Part shown: one piece after another, positions 48,601 to 56,500 of the stretch
How the letters are laid out: each line of letters opens with the position of its first letter
How positions within the stretch are numbered: the stretch's first letter is position 1
Origin: a virus
Lineage: Duplodnaviria > Caudoviricetes
DNA length: 64,000 nucleotides
IMG/VR virus record: IMGVR_UViG_3300011559_000001
Span: 128,001 to 192,000 of that record
Strand: one strand, 5' to 3'
Made by a program: the position numbers and the translations under genes
The notes under the pieces: generated by a model
Database searches by the model: none
What the model was told of the DNA's origin: nothing
The model's input: the letters and a program-made list of their open reading frames with translations, nothing else

Positions 48601-50085
48601 CAGTTCGTCGATGAAGTTGTTGACGTTGCGCTTGTCATTGGCGCGATCGTTGGGCGTGTAGATCTTCTTGGCTGCGTCACGACCCACAGCACCGACGGAG
48701 GTAAACTCACGACGGTCGTGGTTGTACATCTGAAGCTTGGCTTTGGGATCATGCAGACGAGCAATGCCGTGGTCGATGCGTGCGAGCAGACCCGGGATGA
48801 CCTCCACCAACGTACGCTGGGAGAGCTTGTTCCACGAGGCCGGCTTGTCCAGACCACCCACCCCGTCGCGACCGACAGTGGTGTCAAAACGTTCCTTGCC
48901 CAGGATCGACTTGATGATGTCAATGCCTGCGCCCTTCATGCCCGTTTGCTTAGTCGAACTACGGGCCCAGCGGTTGGCTTCAAAGGGCAGGTTCTGAACC
49001 AGCGACTCCAAGTCGAAGCCGCTGTTCTCCACACCGGGGATGCGCTTGAGCAAGTGCTTGAGCGCAAAGCCCATGCCGTGCTTCATCGCACCGCCACCAG
49101 CCATCGCCGCCAGCATCTCCAGCAACGGAGGACCGTCACCGTCAGTGTCGAAATTACTCAGCGCCATATCGGCGCCGCCCAACACACCCTTCAGGGAGGA
49201 CTTGGCACGGTCACCCATCTTGCGCAGGTAATTGGATGCGAACTTCGTTGCCGAGTTCTGCATGCCACCGAGCATCTTGGTGCGGAAGGTTTGCTTGGCG
49301 GTGTGTGCCAGATCTTGTTTGGCAATGTCGGGCATCGCCGAGTTCTTCTGGATCGCTTCCAGCAGCGCCGTATGGCGACGGGTGGTTTCCACCTGCAGAC
49401 GCAAACTGTCACGGGCCACGAAGTACTGGCGCGTTTGCAGTTCCAGCGTCTTGCGCTGCCAACGGTTGGTGATCTGGTCTTGGTAGTCCACCAGTCGCAT
49501 CATGCCCTGCTGCATGATGTTCAACGCATGCGACTGATCGCGCGTGCTCTTCATCAGCTGGGCGTGCTGGACCGAACGTTCCATGCGCTCTTCGGCCGAG
49601 CGACGTGCATCGCCCTCGGCCACCACTCCAAAGACCTCGCCGAAAATACGCTGCTGCTCGGCGGCCTGCAGTTCTGCCGGGGTGGCATTACGCGGCGGCG
49701 GCTTAGAGAAATCCTCCAGCTTGGCGTAGGTCTCCTTGTCCAATCGCGTCTTGAGCTTGGGCAGGTGACGGGCGGTAATACGACGCATGGCCGGCAATGA
49801 AGGTTCCAGCTCCTTCATAGCGACATTATGTAGCTCTTCTCCTTGTCGGACGACGTCGGAGGCAAGAGAGAAGACGTCACCATATCCCTTCGGGAGCGCT
49901 TTCTTCATCGCGTCCTGGAAGGTGGCAGGCGTCTTCAGGGCATCTTTTGCCCCTTGCTTGAAACTGGTGGCTACCCGCGTGATGACGCCACGCTTCGTTT
50001 GATTCGAAGCGGGCTTAAACGGGTCCTCGAACTCATAGTCGAGTGAGCGATCCCAATCGAGATCGCCCAGTTTTTGCTTCGTCAT
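42622..50085 (-). CDS. Large tail-associated lytic transglycosylase / tape-measure-like protein (phiKZ gp181-like)
   Basis: About 2490 aa; SLT domain IESTFNPGAK…SASGLFQFIRGTW…YMAHFMG.GG; internal TM segment; GGAG RBS before ATG 50085. Confidence 0.9.
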   Translation of the reverse strand: MTKQKLGDLDWDRSLDYEFEDPFKPASNQTKRGVITRVATSFKQGAKDALKTPATFQDAMKKALPKGYGDVFSLASDVVRQGEELHNVAMKELEPSLPAMRRITARHLPKLKTRLDKETYAKLEDFSKPPPRNATPAELQAAEQQRIFGEVFGVVAEGDARRSAEERMERSVQHAQLMKSTRDQSHALNIMQQGMMRLVDYQDQITNRWQRKTLELQTRQYFVARDSLRLQVETTRRHTALLEAIQKNSAMPDIAKQDLAHTAKQTFRTKMLGGMQNSATKFASNYLRKMGDRAKSSLKGVLGGADMALSNFDTDGDGPPLLEMLAAMAGGGAMKHGMGFALKHLLKRIPGVENSGFDLESLVQNLPFEANRWARSSTKQTGMKGAGIDIIKSILGKERFDTTVGRDGVGGLDKPASWNKLSQRTLVEVIPGLLARIDHGIARLHDPKAKLQMYNHDRREFTSVGAVGRDAAKKIYTPNDRANDKRNVNNFIDELIGDRPISAETRKGLFRQVLLDSMNLEPFDLERLTSPASDTPELSAKAKLELQAILSETSKGNGKVGRNEWMRDRSKEYHEINFGAKAPVTASSVYRSIGQREALMDQNLLTRDKDGNDRLNVGAVLDMVEQADYNDIRSKKMSPEERLRNAFVGEVKGRFGKAKDLFEEGGKEALLTEAKLLAGSYRDAVSGLPIRKWEDIKGPVRDMASNAIIGIEKLAKGLRNNKGEKVTFNLRAHVQGAQDWVSNAVNTAGGRVNGRTVEQQTNAEELKARAEAQVEQAAAAMNTTKTTANQQAANNPFTPREAGSLGDNPELVRLNSEQVDLLKIIAELIAAQGSGGGDGGGGGGFRRGFLDSIALGSIKGAWGAAKLAGKGTMWWTKMVGKGAAGAVGGVFKGAGAVAGGVTSRLGNAVRQIKDIYVQGERKPIMTAERIKMGHFVDLNTKRKITRWRDVTGPVMDVTNGETILDQEGFDKGIFVKGPAGMVRLATKSIKTLAGATVSFYGNLAALPFKAAALGVKAIGATFKWATNKQVDVYVKGESSPRLMASKMKTGRYYNAGAKKTGKVVTTYEDIYGDIKELLPGQDKASKDDKTVLYETEIHEPGIVGRWGMALKTPLMRAIGALGGAAISMVKGAGALFGGAMKGYGKLFGGLMGFGGGVLGAPFKFLGALLNPFEKQGAKQVEWLSKIFSVLDERLPGKKARKGSWQEQNEINAEEAKAEKAEKEKDEKDKKWGVGGLLSFFKNKAKGLFGGGDSEEDDDDDDDGGGGDTTIIAGGDGGKDDEAAKKKKAAEKAKRGKGTKGGRARNRQAAKLRRQRAARGKKPGMLKRGAKGLMNPKALLASMLISGGVSAATDAMGVDEDSTTGKVIGGVGDVANTASDVAMYAQLARGLPWLGSLFSGGATAAGAGTAAAGTAAAGTAAAGTAAAGTAAAAGTAAAGTAAAAGTAAAGAGAAATAGTVAAGTAGTAAAVVGAPIWIPIAIGAAAVAAAGVAIYYGYKQFKYGSLTPVRRFRYLQYGVEPGDAGNNKMVFKLEELLLDHIGERGGGLEIVSKSSSGGKDIAMEDVYKVMDMEDGWFSNKNQERAAFNIWYNQRFKPIFLMWVKSLREIDPKMALLDADEKLSGEPLTKLLNKAWTISRNLYAITAGPFDGKPAVTNVGDIEDAYNLAMKEAGKSEGQKSLDKWKKRAMGLSAVLVPGGGLLMNYVQNKMDESEAKKEGAKLTAATTEASSGMNMLETKGSIKNTEGIDHFLSTPTARLGKISALQAMRYRAYGLTNLDTDRVRAMQALENLIFRKVSMSSSGRAHFPMDAEQVYMAAAGLFGLTPNSPKDRIRWCGWFGNRFKPVALAYMQAVKDQSPNADPEAPEKLLKPDQMLTVAQKMLNAKGPDERSIWSWTFSPWSDNEKLTSDSNAISGSMLVLRKQAEGKAMAEEKLPGQDSAVKENRGMLGAMMDTMKSNFSAASDWMLGSKNDRNWLGRTVDTINDTATRGLNMAKDAWGQATNGDVSGALSTVGRAAMLPGQAAMGALGFGPGLSHPGKGTGGDINSLPNVPSNEEIAAMKPGQRFAVLKPLFDAVAKMTGVDPNMLYAICSIESTFNPGAKAPTSSASGLFQFIRGTWNGMLKKYGSTYGINPTASPFDPKANALMGAMFLKDNFNILKGRIGRGVNETDMYMAHFMGAGGAANFLSKDPNLNAPATFPKEAAANKWIFYDMMKQGNKNVPNLSSPKTVGGVYQLMQQKVNKAQAVYGGRQQGGTPTAPAATATNAFAGVTSSVDSTANKPVNTTTTASGPTGGVGGADAAGKMPAVGSAPAVSAGSTGTNSLSSGGGYAAAAAGGASAVAAAPTTAAATPDINTTSTLDAAAAAAARDEASRQAAAEKQRQALAQQQRQAEAQSQRLAATDQAQMNAVGQILQKSLEVQQGIQQNTADTVSMLRQILQRGGTTGKAEEQVAPAAEPAKAVTPRRDRPVENQRKPLPVSMRFNQGG
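45690..45885 (-). repeat. Degenerate 15-nt repeat encoding (AAAGT)n before the TM helix
   Basis: AGTAAAGTAAAGTAAAGTAAAGTAAAAGTAAAGTAAAAGTAAAG in the translation. Confidence 0.8.
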
Positions 50086-50155
50086 TGTTTTCTCCAGGCC
50101 TGATCTTATTAAGGCAGGCCGTAGGCCCTCATTCATAGTTTAAGGAACCTTTCCG

Positions 50156-51622
50156 ATGTCTCCTTTGGAACTACCGTTCAATGTGGAGATCTTCCAGCCC
50201 ACGGATGAACGGCTGCGACTCCTCAAGCCGGTCACCAGTACCGACTACCACGAGAACACCAAGGGCGACCTCCACGAGGACGGCCTGTTCTCGATCAGTA
50301 TCTTCGGGCGCATCGGTGATGAAGCCCGCGATCGTCGGTTCTCGTTTATCGACATCAAAACTGAAATCTTCCACCCGATCATCTACAACCGTCTGATCCG
50401 ACTGAAGAAGCTGTATGGGGCGATCCTCAACAGCGAGCAGTATGCCGTCTGGAACGAAGAAGCTCACGACTTCATGCCGTCCAATGAAATGGATGGTCGT
50501 ACCGGTTATGCCTTCTTCTGCGAGCACTGGAAGAAGCTGGTGTTCAACCGCAACAAGTCCGACGTACGTGACTTGCGTGCCAAGCTGGTGGAGAAGTATC
50601 GTGGCGAAGCCATGACCTCCAAGATCTTGGTGTTGCCTGCGGGTCTGCGCGACATCGAGGTGGATGAAAACGGTCGCACCAACGTGCACGAGATCAACCC
50701 GCTGTACCTGAAGCTGTTGATCGCCTCGTCCACCTTGCCGGCCAGCGAATCGGTGCGAACCGATCCGACCTATGACCGAGCCCGTGTGCTGTTGCAGCGC
50801 GCCTTCAACGACATCTACGATCTGATTGAAACCATGCTCTCGGGCAAGAAGGGTTTCTTCCAGGACAAGTGGGCGGCCCGTAACGTGGCCAACTCCACCC
50901 GTAACGTGATCACCGCCATGGACACCTCCGTGGCTGAACTGGGTGCTGTCAATGCACCACGCTTCACCGACACGATCGTGGGCCTGTGGCAGTTGTCCAA
51001 GGCCGTACTGCCACTGACCATCCACCAACTGATGAAGGGTTACCTGAGTCAGGTCTTTGCATATGGCAATCGCCAAGCGCGTCTGGTCAACCCGGACACG
51101 CTGGAGGCAGAGATCGTGGAAGTGTCAGCTGACTACTACGACAAGTGGAACACCGTCGAAGGGTTGGAGAAGATCGTCACCAGCTACAAGGAACTGTCCT
51201 TGCGCAACAAGCCGGTCAAGATCGATGACTACTACTACATGGCCCTGCTGTACGCCCCGGCCAACCGTACGGTCTTCAAGATCTTCTCCGACATCAACGA
51301 GCTGCCCGAAGGGTTTGATCGCAAGGACGTGCGGCCGATCAACCTGATGGAACTGCTGTATTTGTCCGGGTACAAGATCTGGAACGACCAGGTCGGCACC
51401 GTGACCCGTTACCCGATCACCGGGTTGGGTAGCTGCTATCCCACTACGGTCTACGTCAAGACCACGGTGGTGGGTGAAGTGCGCGGTGAGCTCGATGACA
51501 ACTGGGAACTGCCTGACTCAGGCACCGAGCATATCGCTCCGGAGTTCCCCACCTACGATCCGCTGGCCTACCAGGACAGCCTCGTAATCCCCAGTACCCG
51601 CCTTGCGGGTCTGAGTGCCGAT
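50156..51622 (+). CDS. rpoC: Virion RNA polymerase beta' subunit (phiKZ gp180-like), exon 1
   Basis: DGLFSISIFGRIG, VLPAGLRD, GKKGFFQ…TRNVIT, TRYP motifs; ends …LAGLSAD, the first Asp of DFDGD. Confidence 0.92.
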
Positions 51623-52023
51623 AACCCGTAGCACAACTACGGGTAAGTCCCGTACAGATGTGAATCTGTGCGAGCATTCCCTTAATTGCTGGAAACTCCT
51701 GTTAGACTCAATGGCTACAACGTGGGACGAAAGTCCGAGCGTGAATGCTTGAAAACATTGAGGTAGGGACAATCAGCAGCTGATCCCCTTCGTGTACCTG
51801 CTTTTTAGCGTGGAGCATGGGGAGAGTTCAACGACTATCCGGTGGTGCGGAGTACATCGTAATTGGGCGATGGAAATAGGGAACTTCTACGAACCTGCGT
51901 CTGGGCAAAACGCTGCGTAGAAGAAGATATAGTCTGGCCTGCATGGAGACATGCAGCAGTGGATCTGTAGTTGCGGCAGACACCACGCGCTTGAGGGGAA
52001 ACGACCACAAGCGGAACAAAGCG
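51623..52023 (+). ncRNA. Self-splicing group I intron (401 nt, no homing endonuclease ORF)
   Basis: P AATTGCTGGAAA (51684), Q AATCAGCAG (51771), R GTTCAACGACTA (51826), S AAGATATAGTC (51924); P3 TTCCCT/AGGGAA; P7 GACTA/TAGTC; 5' exon ends in U, intron ends in G; removal restores GCC GAT|TTC GAC GGC GAT. Confidence 0.95.
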
Positions 52024-52200
52024 TTCGACGGCGATACCGCCAGCTTCATCGCATATTACACCAGCGCTAAGCAGGAGATCAAAGATTTCCTGAACAGCAA
52101 GCGTGCCTTCGTCAACCCCATTGGTGGTATCCAAACCAGTGCGGCAGTTGATACGGTCGTGCTGTTCATGCGTAGCTTCACTGGCCACCCTGAAGATTAA
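52024..52200 (+). CDS. rpoC: Virion RNA polymerase beta' subunit, exon 2
   Basis: Begins FDGDTAS…, in frame with exon 1; spliced product 547 aa. Confidence 0.92.
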   Translation, partial: FDGDTASFIAYYTSAKQEIKDFLNSKRAFVNPIGGIQTSAAVDTVVLFMRSFTGHPED

Positions 52201-52215
52201 TCCAAGGACAGTACG

Positions 52216-53514
52216 ATGTTGAACAAAGACGAACAGGCTGTCGAGGAGAGTATCGCCAGCCTTGAGTCGCTGCGGGACTTTGAGGAACAACTGCTCGAAG
52301 GTGCAGTGAGCCTGGAGTCCGGTGGTGCCGAGGTGGATTACCTCAAGATTCGCCAGATGGAGGACTTGGAAGTCTCCGTGGGGATGGAAGCCAACACCAT
52401 GCAGGTCGTGCGGGACGTGTTCTCCTCGATCGGTCGCATGTCGGTGGCCTTGGGCCATGGCTTCATGAAGTTCCTGGACAACATACACCGGGCCATTGAC
52501 ACCACCCATCTGGTGCGTACCCGTCAGACCCGTGAGAAGATCAAGTCCATCCCGGTGTCTGAGCACACTGTGAACAAGGGCCGGATGGAACGGGCCAAGC
52601 TGGCTGCTGGTCTGGCCATCGACGGTGACATCCCGTCCAACTTCCGCTCCTATGCTGATGGCATGGTCGACTTCTCCCGTCGCACCACCAACAATGTCAT
52701 GAGTGATCTGGCTTCGCTGAGCCGTCAGATCGGCGCACGTCTGGAAGCCAAGCGTTGGATGGGCAACAATGCCTTCAACGCTGAAGTGGTTGAGATCGTG
52801 CGTATCATCGGCGCCTACAAGCTGCCGATGCAGCGTTACCCCGACACCGACTACCGTCGCCTGTTCCCGGGTAACCGTTCGATCTTCTCCAATATCAAGC
52901 CCAAGCGTCCGCGCCGTGAACCGGTGGAACAGACCCAGGCCGCCAAGAAGGTCATTGATGGTGTGTCCAATACGGTCATCGGCATCGCCGCCCGTCCGGA
53001 CTACGTCAAGGGCAAGGCCGACACGATCCTGCCGATCCTCACGGTGGAGCAGCAGTTGGCCATGGTCGATGCAGCTGAGGTCCTGCTCAAGGAAGCTCAG
53101 CGCGTGGCTCAGGTGGCCAAGGCCTACAAGAAGGACAAGGTCCCCTCCACGTTCTCGATGATGATCTCCGGCTTCTTCCATGGCGTCAAGCGCCAGTTTG
53201 ACGATGTCTGGACTGCCCAGGACGATGGCTATGATGTCATCGATACCAGCGGCGGTGTGCAGACCCGTCACAAGCCGGGCACGCGCAATCCCTTGGGTGG
53301 CGCCGCCTCCCGTCTGGCTGGTCAGATGGGTATGGGCATGGAATCGCTCACCGAAGACGAAGCACGGGCTCAGTTGGCCGTGTGGGTCAGTCGTTACCTC
53401 AAGCTGTCGCTGATTGATCATCAGCGTACGGCGCAGTCGTTGATCCTCTTGTTGGTGTCCGTGGCCAAGACGTACTTGGACTACGTCGATGAGAGCCTCG
53501 ACTACTACACCTGA
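52216..53514 (+). CDS. Internal head protein with acidic propeptide
   Basis: ASLES, VSLES and VGMEA protease motifs in an acidic N-terminus, GMES near the C-terminus; AGGA RBS. Confidence 0.7.
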   Translation: MLNKDEQAVEESIASLESLRDFEEQLLEGAVSLESGGAEVDYLKIRQMEDLEVSVGMEANTMQVVRDVFSSIGRMSVALGHGFMKFLDNIHRAIDTTHLVRTRQTREKIKSIPVSEHTVNKGRMERAKLAAGLAIDGDIPSNFRSYADGMVDFSRRTTNNVMSDLASLSRQIGARLEAKRWMGNNAFNAEVVEIVRIIGAYKLPMQRYPDTDYRRLFPGNRSIFSNIKPKRPRREPVEQTQAAKKVIDGVSNTVIGIAARPDYVKGKADTILPILTVEQQLAMVDAAEVLLKEAQRVAQVAKAYKKDKVPSTFSMMISGFFHGVKRQFDDVWTAQDDGYDVIDTSGGVQTRHKPGTRNPLGGAASRLAGQMGMGMESLTEDEARAQLAVWVSRYLKLSLIDHQRTAQSLILLLVSVAKTYLDYVDESLDYYT

Positions 53515-53582
53515 TCGACAAGCCCTTTAGACTGGACGGAGGGCTTTCCTCCGTCCAGTTATCCTGTCAAAAGGCAATCGAA

Positions 53583-56500
53583 ATGCTCAACCCGCTCAAT
53601 CCCGCATCTTGGACGCTGCTGCCCAATCGCCCGGAGTATTTCCCGCCGGGCAATGGCGAATGCTACCAGAGCCCGCCTGAAGATGGTCTGCTGACCTTCA
53701 GCGCTGAGGCCTACGTCACTCTGGGCGAACAAGTCAGTCTGGAAGCCCAGCCGCTGTACACGCCTTACTTCCGTAAGTACGGTGTGCTGCGTGCTGTGCA
53801 GTTGGCTGCACCGCTGCTGAACAAGCTGACCGCCCTGGAACTGCCCAAGGACACCGTCCTGCATTACATGCCGGAAGATGAAACCGAAATCGGCATTCCG
53901 CAGAACCATTCGATCTTGGCCAACAACACCCGTTTGTTGATGACCGAGCACATCACCACGTTGGGTGACAACAAGGGTAATCCCCGTCCGTTGCCGGTAC
54001 CGGCCGCGCAATTCAAGCGCGACTACCAGCGACTGAACCGCCGTACCCGTGAGATGACCAAGCCTGAAACCACGATGCGTGATCCGATCACGATCGTCGT
54101 GGAGAACTATGCGCTGCTCAATCACCTGTACCGCTACCCGACCAATTATTTCCGCGCCTACTCCAAGTGGTGGAACATCCAGGCAGCGCTGTGGACCCGT
54201 GCCGGTCAGATCGGTAAGGACTATCCGCACCGCAACCAGTTCCTGCAGTGCCGACTGCCCACGTTGCTGCCGACCATGGCACTGCTGCGTCGTGGCGAAG
54301 GGGAGATGACCCGCAACCTGCTCTCCAGCTTCACCCAGCCTGAGTCGCTGTTGATTCTGGAAATCTGGAAGTGGCTGGGCGAGCGTCGTGCTGAGTCGGT
54401 GCTCTCCAAGGCCGCCCCGGAGCATCTGGCCAACATGAACCTGATCTTTATCGAACAGGATCGTTGGTTGATGATCAACCTGGGCCTGCTGGACACCTGG
54501 CGCAAGCGTCCTGAAGAAGAAGGCGGCAATGACACCCACAAGGGCATCCTTGATCCGCTGATGATTCAGAAGCGCTTCTTGCGTTTGCTGATGTCGCTGA
54601 TGGAAGTGCGCACCGGTAGTACCGGTGAGGCGCCGGTCAGTGAGATCGATACGGCCGTGGTGGCAGTGGATACCGAAACCGCTCCGGGCTCGGCTGAAAC
54701 GCCGGATACGGTGATGACCGTCGCTCGTACTGAACCGGTCAAGCTGGTGGTGCCCACCGAAGATGGCAAGACCACCAAGGTCAAGCTGACGGCCAACCTG
54801 AATCTGGATCGCCTACCCACCGAGCTGGTGGAAGAGACCCCGGAAAACCAGGCGGCGATCGATGAAGCCATCACCCGCGATCTGGACGCACTGGATCGGG
54901 TCATGGCTCGCTTCCAAGAGCAGCGTACCGAAGGCGAAGAAGATGCACCTGTGGATACCTCCACCGGTGAGATCAGCGCCATGATCAAGTACGAGCCGCA
55001 GTGGCGTTCGCTCCAGTCGGGCGTGATGAACAAGATGGATCAGCTGGCCGACGCTGGCCTGTGCTCGGGTGCCGAGTACCGCCGTATGACGGCGCTGTCC
55101 ACCGCCTACCAGCGTCTGCCCAATCCGTTCGGAGAGGGTGTGCTGGCGGACATGGCAGAGATCAAGCCGGAAGAGCTCACCCTTCCCACCGAAGCGCAGA
55201 TCCCTGACATGGCCACGGTCCCTGACAAGACCATGCTCAAGAGCACGATCAAGGACTTTGACGCGCACTACTTGGAGAACGTCTACCGCAAGGACTTGGT
55301 CCGCTGCGTGCTGGCCGTGCAGAACTCCGGTGTGGCTGTCACGGGCTTCTCGGCCGATGAGTACAAAGACGTGCTCAACCACTACGAGAAGTACTCCATC
55401 CAGCTGACGCCGGTGCAAGGTAAGGTCTCCACGATCAACGCCAAGCTGCCGCGCGTGAGTAACGATGGTACCTACGTGGACAACGGCTCGCGTTACCGCA
55501 TGCGTAAGCAGCGTGGTGACATGCCGATTCGTAAGCTGTCCCCGGCCCGTGTGGCACTGACCTCGTATTACAACAAGGTCTTTGTGACGCGTTCGGAAAA
55601 GCAGGTCAGCAACTATCCGGGTTGGATCACCAACCAGATCGCTGCGATGGCCATCAACGAGTCCAACGAGAAGATCACCCATTCGATGCTGGCCGACGTG
55701 GCTGACACCACGATCATGACCCCGCGTATCTACTCGATCATGGCCGCACGCTTCCGCTCGTTCCACCTGACCGACAAGACCGGTGTGTACGAGTTCTTCT
55801 TCGACTACCATGCGCGTAAGGCCGAGTACGGTAGCGAGCTGGTGGAATCGCTGGAGAAGGACGGCCTGCTGGTGATCGGCCGCATGCAGGCCTCCAAGAA
55901 CCTGTTGCTGGTAGATTCCACCAACACGCTGTATGAAGCGCAAGGGTTGGAACTGCGCACGATCGGTTCGATGGAGTCGCTGCTGGACTTGAACGGTCGC
56001 GCGCCGGCTGAGACCGCTGAGATTCGCATCTTCGGCAAGCAAGTGCCGGTGGGTCTGTTCCTGGCCTATCAGTTGGGTCTGACCGAACTGTTCAAGCTGA
56101 TGGGTGTGACCCCGCGTAAGGTCCCCACCGGTACCCGTGCGTATATGGGCGAAGACGAAATTGCACTGCGCTTTGAAGATGAGATGTGGATCTTCCCGCA
56201 AGACCAAGGCTCGCGCACGCTGATCCTCTCCGGACTGGCCCAGTACGAGAAGATCACCCGCAACTACCCGGTGCACCTGTTCGATCGCAAGGACATCTAT
56301 TACAACGTGTTGGAGCAAGCACGCATTGGCGTGCGCTACCTGCGCGAGATGGATTTGCTGGTGGAGATGTTCGTGGACCCGATCACTGAGGACATCCTCA
56401 AGGAAATGGGCGAACCCACTGACTTCATCAGCCTGGTCCTGCGCGCCTGCCAGTTGCTGGAGACCGATTGGTCGCCGGCCGAAACGGACATGGCGTACAT

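Noticed and set aside
50156-51631. RNAP pseudogene or premature stop
   Set aside because: The TAG is inside the group I intron; splicing restores the frame and the DFDGD motif.
51943-52200. 85-aa stand-alone ORF
   Set aside because: Its first 27 codons lie in intron P9; the remainder is RNAP exon 2.
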